Source: Victivallaceae bacterium
Lineage (GTDB): Bacteria > Verrucomicrobiota > Lentisphaeria > Victivallales > Victivallaceae
Direction: 5' to 3'
Assembly: GCA_041665605.1 (NCBI GenBank)
Contig: JBAYIO010000005.1
Location: forward strand, 20,641-84,640
Length of the DNA: 64,000 bases
Shown here: positions 18,015 to 27,003 of the stretch, one piece after another
Position numbering within the stretch: position 1 is the first letter of the stretch
How the letters are laid out: the number at the start of each line of letters is the position of its first letter
The notes under the pieces: model-generated
Database searches by the model: none
Told to the model about the DNA's origin: nothing
The model's input: only the letters and a program-made list of their open reading frames with translations
Position numbers and translations under genes: made by a program

Positions 18015-19814
18015 TTACTGATTTGCAGTTTCTATCAGCACACTTGCGCCCCAGGTCACTGACTGAATTTTCACTGTAACCGTATTGTTTTCGACGCTGG
18101 ATTCAAGTACCGCGGAATTAGGTTCAGGTTCAGCGTTGAGCACTACTGCCTGCTTAAACTTTTCATTGCTGTTTTTATTAAAAGTCAGAACGACATTCTG
18201 CTGCGGAGCCGGAATCTTATGATCCGCCAGGATATTCTTTCCTTCAGGCAGATTAACCATATTTATCATCAACTCTCTGCCCGTTGCCGTTTGTTTTTCA
18301 AATACCCACTGTTTCCAGAACAGCCGCTTGCCGCCTGCCACGGATATGGTATTGAACCGCTTGTCTTCGGACAGCAGCTTAAACTCGTTGTTATAGAAAT
18401 AGGCGGAATAGCGCATTGCGTACCGCCATATTTTCCAGTTTTCGCCCCGTGGCAAATCTCTGTCCATCGGGCCGATCCAGTGAATTCCGGAATAGACGAA
18501 TAAATATGGCAGCAGCTTAGCCGTCACTGTCGCGCTGGCTGGCGGCGGGCTCATCCAGCCGATTCCAACCTGACAGTTGTTCAGCCTGGACAGGCTTGCG
18601 TCCTGAGTGATTTTTGTAATCCATTCCTCCCAGGTATATTTTTCATAATTGAGCAGATATTCAAACCAAAGCCATGAATTCGTTGAGGCCTCTTTATGAT
18701 ATTTTTCCAAAGCGGCAACTTTTTGCGCAATTTCATCGCCGGCATTGGTCCCATAAATGAATTCCGGATGGGTTTCTGCTACTCCTTTCCTGAAAGCCTG
18801 CAAAAATTTAGTTCCTTCGGTATCCTGGTCCGGATATAATTCCCTGGCGCTTTTACCTGCAAAGTTAAACCAGTCGGATTTAGTCGCCCGCATCGGATCG
18901 CCGATTGTAGCCGGCAGAAAAGCCCAGTCAAAGCGGCATCCGTCCCAGCCGAACATGTCAATGGATTTTGCCATTTCCCGGCCCCATTTATAGGCATTCT
19001 CTTCATTGTACAGATATGAAGTGTAAGCAATCGCGTACCGTTTTCCATTATGAACAGTTCCGTTGTAAAGCAGCGGCTGTCCGTTTTTTCCGTAACGGAA
19101 ATACTCCGGATGATCAAGGCCTGTCGGCAGGGCCACTTCCCCGTTCATCCAAGGGAAGACCGCAATCCCGTTTTGATGAGCTTCGGCGACAAAACTTTTT
19201 ACGAATTTCTTGTTGACAACAGCTTCATAGCTTACCTGGGATTCCGTATGGGGCATCCATTCATCCTCCGGAGGCGTTAAACCGGTCATCGGGCATGACG
19301 TCCAGGTGTAATATTCGGCAAAAGAAAAATAATTTCTTCTTAATTCATCAATATATACTTTTTCCTGTCCCGGCTTACTGAACCATCCCGGATTGGCGAC
19401 ACTATATTGCCCCGCACTTGTGATGACATTGGTTACCGCGGCATATTCGCTGCGCGAATCAATGAGTTTGCCGTTCAGATACAGCTCTACTCTAAATTCA
19501 TAGCCGCCGTCGTTTTTCCCGCTATCCCAGGAAACTTTAATTTTCTTGTCTTCGGCAGGCGCGAGTGATACCGGTTGTTTGCCGATAATTCTTTTATCAG
19601 CAATGCCGAATGTAACAGAACACACCGTATCTATCTGCTGTGGAGAAGTTGAACGGTTTGTCAGTAAGATTTCCGCATTGGACGGCACATTCAGTTTATA
19701 AACAATTTTACCGATCCTGATTGTATCGACTGTCACAATTTTGTCTGCCATTGCCGGAACGGACAAAATTACACCTAAAAACATTGTATTTAGAATCAAC
19801 AGCAATTTCTTCAT
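18015..19814 (-). CDS. secreted protein of unknown family (possible TIM-barrel glycoside-hydrolase-like)
   Basis: 599 aa with signal peptide MKKLLLILNTMFLGVILSVPAMA. Its start overlaps the upstream stop (ATGA at 19811-19814). The GWDGCRFDW block is only suggestive of a GH-like barrel. Confidence 0.65.
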   Translation of the reverse strand: MKKLLLILNTMFLGVILSVPAMADKIVTVDTIRIGKIVYKLNVPSNAEILLTNRSTSPQQIDTVCSVTFGIADKRIIGKQPVSLAPAEDKKIKVSWDSGKNDGGYEFRVELYLNGKLIDSRSEYAAVTNVITSAGQYSVANPGWFSKPGQEKVYIDELRRNYFSFAEYYTWTSCPMTGLTPPEDEWMPHTESQVSYEAVVNKKFVKSFVAEAHQNGIAVFPWMNGEVALPTGLDHPEYFRYGKNGQPLLYNGTVHNGKRYAIAYTSYLYNEENAYKWGREMAKSIDMFGWDGCRFDWAFLPATIGDPMRATKSDWFNFAGKSARELYPDQDTEGTKFLQAFRKGVAETHPEFIYGTNAGDEIAQKVAALEKYHKEASTNSWLWFEYLLNYEKYTWEEWITKITQDASLSRLNNCQVGIGWMSPPPASATVTAKLLPYLFVYSGIHWIGPMDRDLPRGENWKIWRYAMRYSAYFYNNEFKLLSEDKRFNTISVAGGKRLFWKQWVFEKQTATGRELMINMVNLPEGKNILADHKIPAPQQNVVLTFNKNSNEKFKQAVVLNAEPEPNSAVLESSVENNTVTVKIQSVTWGASVLIETANQ

Positions 19815-20554
19815 TTAGCATCAGCTCCTTTCTTTATCATGTCTGCCGCAAATTTCGCCCATGCCGGATTTTTCCAGAATAGAGCGGTTGCGGTATCGGC
19901 GGTTCCGGATGGGATTCCCAGGAAAACTATAATTTGTCCTTTTTCACATTTTTTTGTAATCCACAACGGCTGATTATTGGATTTATAGATAATCTCCGCA
20001 TCATCAACCAATGGAATATCATGCAGATAAACCACCACCCCGCCTGGAGTCTCAAGCGGATTTTTCAGCTTTTTTACCGCCCATGGATTTTCGGTTTTTG
20101 CCGGCAGAAGTGAAGCGAACGGAGTCTGGCTGAATTCCCCTTTGTTCAAGGTGAAAAGCCCTCCCAGTATTACTAAAGTGGCGCCGCGCCTGACATCTTT
20201 AATGATAGATTTCTGGGCAATATCGGGCATTACTCCGGCATTTAAAGGGAAGTCGGCCATGATGATATATTTTCTGGCTTTCTTCGGGTTTATCGGCGGG
20301 AGTTTATCAAGCCTGAATTGATTCTCCGGTGTCAACGCCGGAGTGAGATTGGTGATAGTATAATCCGCCGTCTTTTTGACTCCCAGTTCTTTCAAAATTT
20401 CCGGAATTTTATAACGTTCGAAAGCAATTCCGCGAAAAACCAGGGCTTCATCCGCCAGTACATCCGCCTCTGCCGTTCCTGCTCCCGCCGCAATCAGGAA
20501 GCTGAAATAAACAATCAGTGGAGGCAGCATCATAAGTTTCCATCGTGTTTGCAT
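19811..20554 (-). CDS. secreted protein, class-I glutamine-amidotransferase-like fold (tentative)
   Basis: 247 aa with a signal peptide. Paralog of the C-terminal half of 16574-17977. Confidence 0.65.
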   Translation of the reverse strand: MQTRWKLMMLPPLIVYFSFLIAAGAGTAEADVLADEALVFRGIAFERYKIPEILKELGVKKTADYTITNLTPALTPENQFRLDKLPPINPKKARKYIIMADFPLNAGVMPDIAQKSIIKDVRRGATLVILGGLFTLNKGEFSQTPFASLLPAKTENPWAVKKLKNPLETPGGVVVYLHDIPLVDDAEIIYKSNNQPLWITKKCEKGQIIVFLGIPSGTADTATALFWKNPAWAKFAADMIKKGADAK

Positions 20555-20577
20555 GTCATTCCTTACAAAAAAACAGA

Positions 20578-21228
20578 TTATTTGCTCAAGCTAATGCTAA
20601 ACATCTTGTGTTCCAGTTTCCCGGCCGCCAGTCCATAGTTTCCAATAAGCAATAACGGAGCAGATGCATCGACTGGCACGAGGGTCACGTTTTCATCGAT
20701 CATCACCGGATTTTCCATGTCATCAATAAAATATTGAACAATCTTCGTATTATTGTCAAATACTATTTTAATTTTTATCTTTTTGCCGAGCGGAACATTA
20801 TCCGCAACATCTTTCCATTTCTCGTCATAATAACGCATCAATTTCTGATTTCCCATCATCTTAAAGGCCAGGTTGAGGTTATATATGTTGGTTTGCAGAG
20901 AGAAGTGATCGTACTGTGCGCCATTCGTATCAAGTGCAACTTCAAAAGTCAGTGTTCCTGAAGTGATTGCCGGAATTATTTGATGTATATTCCCGCCTTT
21001 GTAGGGTGCATTGGAAAACAGCATTCTCAGGTATCCGTCTTTCAGGCTGAATTCAGTCGCCTGGCCTGTAAAACTTTTCCAGCCTGCATCTTCAAGACTG
21101 GTGATTTTGCTGAAGTCCTGCTGGAAAACAACCTCGTTATCGGCCATTGCCGCCGGCATAATCCATGCCCCAGGCATCATCATACACGCTGCGACCATGA
21201 TTCTTTTAATACTTTTCCGGAATTTCAT
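20578..21228 (-). CDS. secreted LamG/concanavalin-like protein (tentative)
   Basis: 216 aa with a signal peptide. Paralog of the N-terminal half of 16574-17977. Confidence 0.65.
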   Translation of the reverse strand: MKFRKSIKRIMVAACMMMPGAWIMPAAMADNEVVFQQDFSKITSLEDAGWKSFTGQATEFSLKDGYLRMLFSNAPYKGGNIHQIIPAITSGTLTFEVALDTNGAQYDHFSLQTNIYNLNLAFKMMGNQKLMRYYDEKWKDVADNVPLGKKIKIKIVFDNNTKIVQYFIDDMENPVMIDENVTLVPVDASAPLLLIGNYGLAAGKLEHKMFSISLSK

Positions 21229-21277
21229 TTTGTTTCTCCTTTTTTATCTTCTATTATTTATTTCAAAATGGTATCGT

Positions 21278-22012
21278 TTACAACGAAGTATTGAAGCGGT
21301 AGAAATACTTAAGCGGCCTGGCGCTGCTTACATGACCATCCATATACACGGCATTGGCATAGGAACTATGTCTGTAGGCTGCGGCACAACCCGGGTCGCC
21401 GGGAAGAATCTGTGCCCCGTTATGAGGTGAATCATATTGCTCTACCGTCTCATCGTTGGCATCCGTCAGAAAGAAAACATAAGTTGGAACTTTAATCTGA
21501 TTCGGTTTAACCAGTTTCCACGATCCTCCGCTCATCAGTTGCTGATTATACCCGTAACCGAAAGCAGGTACGCCGCCATACTTGATATAGGAGGAATTTG
21601 AGCCTATTGTCGGCCACGGCTGGGATGGTTCCTGGGCTTCGGGACAGGTGAAGATACAAGTGCGTTTCTTGGACAGATCCCATAACCCGTTCGGCCCGTT
21701 GATTCCTACATATTTCATTATATTTTCACCCCAGAATGCGTAAAGTCCAACCTGTTTGCCTCCCGAGCTGCCGTTCGGCAGGCACCAGTCATAATCATTC
21801 ATATACATTGAGTGTGCAGTGCCGAATTGCTTGAGTTGACTTTGGCATGCGCCGCTTCTGGCGGTTCTTCTGGCTTTACTCAATGCAGGCAGCAGCATGG
21901 CGGCCAAAATTGCAATGATGGCGATCACGACCAGGAGTTCGATGAGTGTGAAATTTTTGTAATTTCTCAGGTTCTTCCTTGACTGATTTGGAACAACGGC
22001 TCTTGCTTTCAT
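21278..22012 (-). CDS. prepilin-type N-terminal domain protein, H-X9-DG family (pseudopilin-like)
   Basis: [30 protein letters not shown]-terminus. C-terminal [12 protein letters not shown]. Confidence 0.9.
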   Translation of the reverse strand: MKARAVVPNQSRKNLRNYKNFTLIELLVVIAIIAILAAMLLPALSKARRTARSGACQSQLKQFGTAHSMYMNDYDWCLPNGSSGGKQVGLYAFWGENIMKYVGINGPNGLWDLSKKRTCIFTCPEAQEPSQPWPTIGSNSSYIKYGGVPAFGYGYNQQLMSGGSWKLVKPNQIKVPTYVFFLTDANDETVEQYDSPHNGAQILPGDPGCAAAYRHSSYANAVYMDGHVSSARPLKYFYRFNTSL

Positions 22013-22039
22013 TTTGTCTTCTCCGTTAAATGTTAGGGT

Positions 22040-23164
22040 TTAAATACAAACTTCTTCCATTTTTTTTTCTTTTGTCCAACCTGACGCAACTTTACTTTTC
22101 TGGCGGAATTGCAAAACATAGTCCAAAGCTTCCCGGAGACTAAGTGTTGCAAGCCCGCAATAAAAATCAACCGCGCCGTAATACATGAATATTTCGTTAT
22201 CAACCACGACATTGGCACAGGGGAAAATGCATTTCGGATACCGGCCGTTCAGCTCATATGACGCCTCCGGTTCCATAATCGGCATGGGGGATCTGGCAAT
22301 AACTTTTTTTGGGTCCTGCCGGTCCAGCAGCATCAGGCCGACGCGATAAACGCCATCCCTGTCCACGGCGTGGTAGAAAGTCAGCCAGCCGTCATCGGTG
22401 GAAATCGGGACGCCGGAACCGCCTACTTTTAACTTTTCCCATTCATATTCCGGCTTGATCAGCAGATGATCGTCGGGGATATCTCTGCCGTCTTTCATGT
22501 CCCACGGCATTTCTTTGGCGTCGGACGCACAACAAGTCATGGTATCGGCAAATGATATCCAGATACAACCCGGATTGTAAATCAATGGCAGAGTCCACGG
22601 GATGAACGGGGTCGGGCGGTGCAGCATGACATATTTCCCGTTGATTTTCTCCGGGAACAGCGCCACATTTGCGTCGCTCATGTGTTCACTGGTAACCGGT
22701 CCGAGCCGCTCGACCTTTTTCCAGTCCGAGGTTGCCGCCAGTCCCACCCGCCGGAAATTATCAGTCCAGGTCGGGCTCATGTTGCCGTTCGGGCCGACAC
22801 GACGTTCCCGTTCAGCATGTTTCTTCATATTGAACGAGCGTCCTGCATAAGCGATATAATATTTACCTTCGAATTCAGTAATTCTGGAATCTTCAACAGA
22901 ACCGTGATCGAAATCATCCGGGTTGTCGGATGGGCGCAAAAACGGTTCAGGCGCGCAGTCGAAATTGATTCCGTCTGAACTATTGGCATAACCCAGTACC
23001 ATATCTCCGCCACTGCCAAGCAGATCGGTAGACGCGGTGAACAGCATATGAAACTTGCTGCCGTCAAAGATTACCCCGGGATTGCGCGCTTCATCGCGTC
23101 CCCATGGCAGATTTGGATTTGGTCCAAGGATTGGATTATTTTTAAACCGTCTGATGTTTAACAT
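22040..23164 (-). CDS. GH130 family beta-mannoside phosphorylase/hydrolase
   Basis: NPILGPN...RNPGVIFDG, GSVEDSRITEFEGKYYIAYAG and ALFPEKINGKYVMLHRP match recalled GH130 (DUF377) blocks. No signal peptide. Confidence 0.8.
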   Translation of the reverse strand: MLNIRRFKNNPILGPNPNLPWGRDEARNPGVIFDGSKFHMLFTASTDLLGSGGDMVLGYANSSDGINFDCAPEPFLRPSDNPDDFDHGSVEDSRITEFEGKYYIAYAGRSFNMKKHAERERRVGPNGNMSPTWTDNFRRVGLAATSDWKKVERLGPVTSEHMSDANVALFPEKINGKYVMLHRPTPFIPWTLPLIYNPGCIWISFADTMTCCASDAKEMPWDMKDGRDIPDDHLLIKPEYEWEKLKVGGSGVPISTDDGWLTFYHAVDRDGVYRVGLMLLDRQDPKKVIARSPMPIMEPEASYELNGRYPKCIFPCANVVVDNEIFMYYGAVDFYCGLATLSLREALDYVLQFRQKSKVASGWTKEKKMEEVCI

Positions 23165-23228
23165 TTAAATCTCCAGATTTTTTTTATTTATTTTATCCTG
23201 CAAGTTTATCCCGCAGGAATAATTAAAT

Positions 23229-24323
23229 TCATCTTGGTATGAGCCGTGGCGATATTCTAATGATTTTCTGAGCCGGCATTGCCTGCCCGGAAAGCACTTC
23301 CACCGCTTTGCGTCCCATGCTGCCAAAATCAATTGATATTGTCGGAAAAGACAAGTTTTGTGACAATTGTGGATTCAAATTATCATAGCCGATCACATCA
23401 ATGTTATTTCCCGTGGCTTGACAGTATTCTTTGGCGCCGAAAGCCAGATAATCATTAACGCATAATATCGCATCGAATTTACGTCCTGAACTTAAAGCCC
23501 GTTTCGCAAGCTCAGTTCCCATTTCAATTATACCTCTGGCATCCTTGCCGACCGGACTGCCGCCGTTAAGTATCAAATCAGGATGCATTTTAATTCCACC
23601 ATCGTTCAGGGCTTGCAGAAAACCCTCAATGCGGTGATGATAGTTTTCGTCTTCAACGTCATAACTGAACACTGCAAACTCGCGATGTTCCTTATTGATC
23701 ATATATTCAGCAGCCAGATACCCGCCGGCAAAGTCATCATTGAAAATGCCGACAATATTAGCCGGAGCATCGGAAAAGTTGGCAATGTCATAGTTGATAA
23801 GCACAAAGCGAACATCAGGAAAGGCTCTTAAACTGTCGAGACTTTTATCGCGGTACACGTCTGACAGCAGAACAATTCCAGTCAGCGCCATTTCCCGGCT
23901 GGTGCGATAAAAATCAATATTTTCATCCAGTCCCCCGGTAATGAAAAAAGGCACTACCTTCAAGTCCTGTCCTTTCTCCGCAATTCCGCGGTAGATCGCC
24001 ATTTCCAGTAAGTTGCTTTCCATTTCCTGCAGCGAGTGATGGCAATTGATTCCAACCATCCGTCTCTGGCCCATATTGGAAAAGACACTGTGCGCCACGA
24101 AAGTTCCTTTCTTGGGACGGCGGTAACAAACTCCGTCTTCAACTAAGGCCATCATAGCCAGATCTGCGGTGCGCAGGCTTACTCCTGTCATTTCAGCGAT
24201 CTGCTTTACATTCGGAATCGGCGCATCCGGTTCAAGCTTATTGCTGGCTATATAATCCCGCAACTGCTTCTTTATTTGCAGATACACTGGCGTTCCATTT
24301 AATTTTCGTTCTTGAATTAACAT
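23229..24323 (-). CDS. AraR-type chimeric regulator (GntR wHTH plus LacI/PBP1 domain)
   Basis: N-terminal wHTH: PIPNVKQIAEMTGVSLRTADLAMMALVEDGV..RRPKKGTFV. C-terminus has LacI-type blocks (AILCVNDYLAFGA, IDVIGYDN). Confidence 0.85.
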   Translation of the reverse strand: MLIQERKLNGTPVYLQIKKQLRDYIASNKLEPDAPIPNVKQIAEMTGVSLRTADLAMMALVEDGVCYRRPKKGTFVAHSVFSNMGQRRMVGINCHHSLQEMESNLLEMAIYRGIAEKGQDLKVVPFFITGGLDENIDFYRTSREMALTGIVLLSDVYRDKSLDSLRAFPDVRFVLINYDIANFSDAPANIVGIFNDDFAGGYLAAEYMINKEHREFAVFSYDVEDENYHHRIEGFLQALNDGGIKMHPDLILNGGSPVGKDARGIIEMGTELAKRALSSGRKFDAILCVNDYLAFGAKEYCQATGNNIDVIGYDNLNPQLSQNLSFPTISIDFGSMGRKAVEVLSGQAMPAQKIIRISPRLIPR

Positions 24324-24336
24324 AGTTCACACTCTA

Positions 24337-24375
24337 ATTATACTTGATTATACTATGATTATATTCAGATTATAC
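24337..24375. repeat. four helically phased copies of ATTATAC/ATTATAT (GTATAAT on the minus strand)
   Basis: Copies at 24337, 24347, 24358 and 24369 (spacing 10, 11, 11 nt), immediately upstream of the regulator ATG at 24323. Confidence 0.7.
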
Positions 24376-24386
24376 TTGGCTGTCAA
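24358..24386 (-). promoter_or_regulatory. sigma70-type promoter, perfect consensus on the minus strand (TTGACA-17 nt-TATAAT)
   Basis: Minus-strand TTGACA (plus-strand tgtcaa, 24381-24386), a 17-nt spacer, then TATAAT (plus-strand attata, 24358-24363). About 35 nt upstream of the regulator start at 24323. Confidence 0.5.
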
Positions 24387-24539
24387 TACCTGTTTTAAAG
24401 AAAAATCATTTTTTTTCTTTTTTTCTTAAAAGTGCTTTGAGTGCTGGAGTGTGCGGCAGGGTTTTTATAAATAACATGTTCCGGATTGTCTGATAGTCCG
24501 GCATTGAGCCGGTTGGGATTGTGGCTGGTCAGATATCTC

Positions 24540-24565
24540 AGGCGCAGAGTTGATCCTCTGCGCCT
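24540..24565 (-). terminator. perfect 10-bp GC-rich hairpin 14 nt after the stop of 24580-25851
   Basis: AGGCGCAGAG, a 6-nt loop, then CTCTGCGCCT. No U-tract follows on the minus strand, so it is not a canonical intrinsic terminator. Confidence 0.4.
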
Positions 24566-24579
24566 TGCTTACTAACGCA

Positions 24580-25851
24580 TCAGGCGTATTTTGTTGTCGC
24601 CTCTTTTGAGATTTGGGTCCATTCGTAAAGCCTGTTGTCGTGGCCCATCTGCGTTTGAAGTTCGCGCAGGATGGTCTGGTAATAATGACCTTGCAGTTTT
24701 CTGGCGCCTTCATTGACGTATTGCTTCAGCGCCGAGATGTCGTGCGGACATACTGCATCGGAGGCTTTATGCCGCCACATGATGCAATGTTTCGTGCCGA
24801 CCCGGGCAATCAGTTTGTCCAGGTTGGTCCAGGCGCTGCAAACCATTATCTTCAAGTTAGGTATGGCCAGTACGGGTTCCATTTTATTGGTCAGGTTTTC
24901 ACAGCAGCCATAGGAGACCGCACCGAAACGGGCAAAGATTTTTTTCTGGTAATCCAGCAGAAATTCTTCAAACATGGCGGGGCTCACCTGATCCAGTTCC
25001 TGTGAATTACCGGCAATCCAGCAATCTTTCAAAGAATATTCCCCGCCGTTTACGCCGGGTCGCGGCGGGTCGCTCTGGAACATCGCCTCATCATTGTTCG
25101 GCACAATTCCGCCGGCGGATTCGACTGCGTCCAGAAAACGCATCGCGCCTGCATAAATGACATTCATCAGCCGGTGCACCAGTTCCGGTTCAAGTATCAT
25201 GTCCATCATCATCTGCTCCATCCCCCGGAGATTGGCGGCGGCGGAGCAGATTGTGGCAATACTGAAATAACCTTGGAACGGCACGATCCTGACCGGCATG
25301 ACACCGGATAAAATTTCTTCTAACTGAGCCGCCGCCGCCGCGGTTTTCCGCGGATTATAACGGTACTCCGGAACGCGCAGCCGGTCGAAGTCCGCCGGAG
25401 TCTGCAATGCCGACTTGTACTGCCAGGCGGAACCTTCCGTCTCCAGGCTTTCTTTGACAATGTCCACTCCCCATACATTTTCAGGAATGACATCGAAAAT
25501 CATGGTTGATTTGAAATAATCGTTGACGGGTGTGTCATCGTCAATATCCCGTTTGAACAGCAGTTTTTTGAACGTTAATTCCAGATCCCGCAGCAGGGGA
25601 TCGTTGCAGCGCAGGCTGGAATCCGGAAGCAATTCTTTCCAGAGGCCGACAGGATTGCACCATACCGGCGAATGATCCGGACGGTGCAGCCCGTTGACAT
25701 CGCACCAGCGCTGCTTTATCGCGGTCATGCGCGGTTCGCGGGCAATGCTGACCACTTCCGCAGCCAGTTCCCGGACATACTTTGCTTCATCCGCGCGGCT
25801 GTTAAGTCTGGCATAATCTACCTGAAAATATTTTTGATAGCGGCTTTTCAT
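24580..25851 (-). CDS. uroporphyrinogen-decarboxylase-like (URO-D fold) protein of unknown function
   Basis: 423 aa. The LRGMEQMMMDMILEPELVHRLM block resembles URO-D/MtaA-like family proteins as recalled. Weak call. Confidence 0.5.
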   Translation of the reverse strand: MKSRYQKYFQVDYARLNSRADEAKYVRELAAEVVSIAREPRMTAIKQRWCDVNGLHRPDHSPVWCNPVGLWKELLPDSSLRCNDPLLRDLELTFKKLLFKRDIDDDTPVNDYFKSTMIFDVIPENVWGVDIVKESLETEGSAWQYKSALQTPADFDRLRVPEYRYNPRKTAAAAAQLEEILSGVMPVRIVPFQGYFSIATICSAAANLRGMEQMMMDMILEPELVHRLMNVIYAGAMRFLDAVESAGGIVPNNDEAMFQSDPPRPGVNGGEYSLKDCWIAGNSQELDQVSPAMFEEFLLDYQKKIFARFGAVSYGCCENLTNKMEPVLAIPNLKIMVCSAWTNLDKLIARVGTKHCIMWRHKASDAVCPHDISALKQYVNEGARKLQGHYYQTILRELQTQMGHDNRLYEWTQISKEATTKYA

Positions 25852-25971
25852 TTTTACCTCTTTTCGTTTTTATCAATATTCCTGATTTGTTATATTTTTC
25901 GTCATGACTATATTATACGTTATAACTATTGCATATTGCAATCATAAAAAACGTTAATAAAGTTAGCCTAA

Positions 25972-26868
25972 ATGATACAAAAAAGTTTCAGCAGCATGCG
26001 CGAAGAAGATTTTTCCGCATATTCGTCCGGGTTTACGGAATCCGGAAGAGCCATGCTGGAACATCTGGTTTCGCATCTGGCGATAAATCCGATTTCAGCC
26101 ATACATTATCTGTGTACTCCGGAATGGCGGCTGCCGCCCAGAAAACTGCAAAATTCCTATGTGACGTTATTGACCGGCGGTCATGGTACTGTTACGATGG
26201 AAGATAAAGTTTACCGGGTCGGCCCCGGCGATCTGATACTTTTTCCTGAAGGAATCCTGCATTCGTTTGAGCATCCGGCAGATGTAAGCATGGAAATGGT
26301 CAACGTGCATTTTCACGCGAAAGTTTATGGGCTGATGGATTTTCTCCGTCTGCAAGGATTGGAAGGCGTTTTTCATGACGCTGCCAGTTTCCCGGAATCA
26401 ATTTCGCACGAGCTGGCAAGAGTTTTCGCACTGAAACCGCCATGTTACCAGGTATTCATGGTACAACTGATCAAATCATTGCTGCTGTATGTTATGTATC
26501 ACTTTCAACGCGAAACGTCAACCGGAATTGCCGGCCTCAAGCAGTTGCTCAAATTGTTTCCGGCGCTGGAAATGATTGAGCAGCGGCTGGAAGACCCTGA
26601 TTTAAAGCAGTCTGACCTGGCGGCAAAGCTCCGGATCAGCGGAGTTTATCTGAGAAAAATGTTTAACGGGCTGTTCGGCGAAAGCCCGGTAAAATTCATC
26701 AATCACCGCAGAATTGAGCGGGCGTGCAAACTGCTGCGGGAAGCCGATTTGCCGGTCAAAGCTGTGGCGGAAAAATCCGGTTTCCGGGACTTGCAGTTTT
26801 TCTACCGGGTGTTTGTCCGGACCACCGGCACGACTCCGGCTCGCTACCGCAATATGTCAGATTTTTGA
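25972..26868 (+). CDS. AraC family transcriptional regulator (cupin N-terminus)
   Basis: C-terminal double HTH (LAAKLRISGVYLRKMF...AEKSGFRDLQFFYRVFVRTTGTTPARYR). N-terminal cupin-like GDLILFPEGILHSFEH. Confidence 0.85.
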   Translation: MIQKSFSSMREEDFSAYSSGFTESGRAMLEHLVSHLAINPISAIHYLCTPEWRLPPRKLQNSYVTLLTGGHGTVTMEDKVYRVGPGDLILFPEGILHSFEHPADVSMEMVNVHFHAKVYGLMDFLRLQGLEGVFHDAASFPESISHELARVFALKPPCYQVFMVQLIKSLLLYVMYHFQRETSTGIAGLKQLLKLFPALEMIEQRLEDPDLKQSDLAAKLRISGVYLRKMFNGLFGESPVKFINHRRIERACKLLREADLPVKAVAEKSGFRDLQFFYRVFVRTTGTTPARYRNMSDF

Positions 26869-27003
26869 GGATAATTATCATTTCGGATAAATCTTTAATC
26901 GTTTAATATAATCATTTGGCATTTGCAATACTTGAGAAATATGTCGTTTATAATTAAAATATAAAGGATTATTTTTTTAAAACATTTCAAGGGAACAGTT
27001 ATT

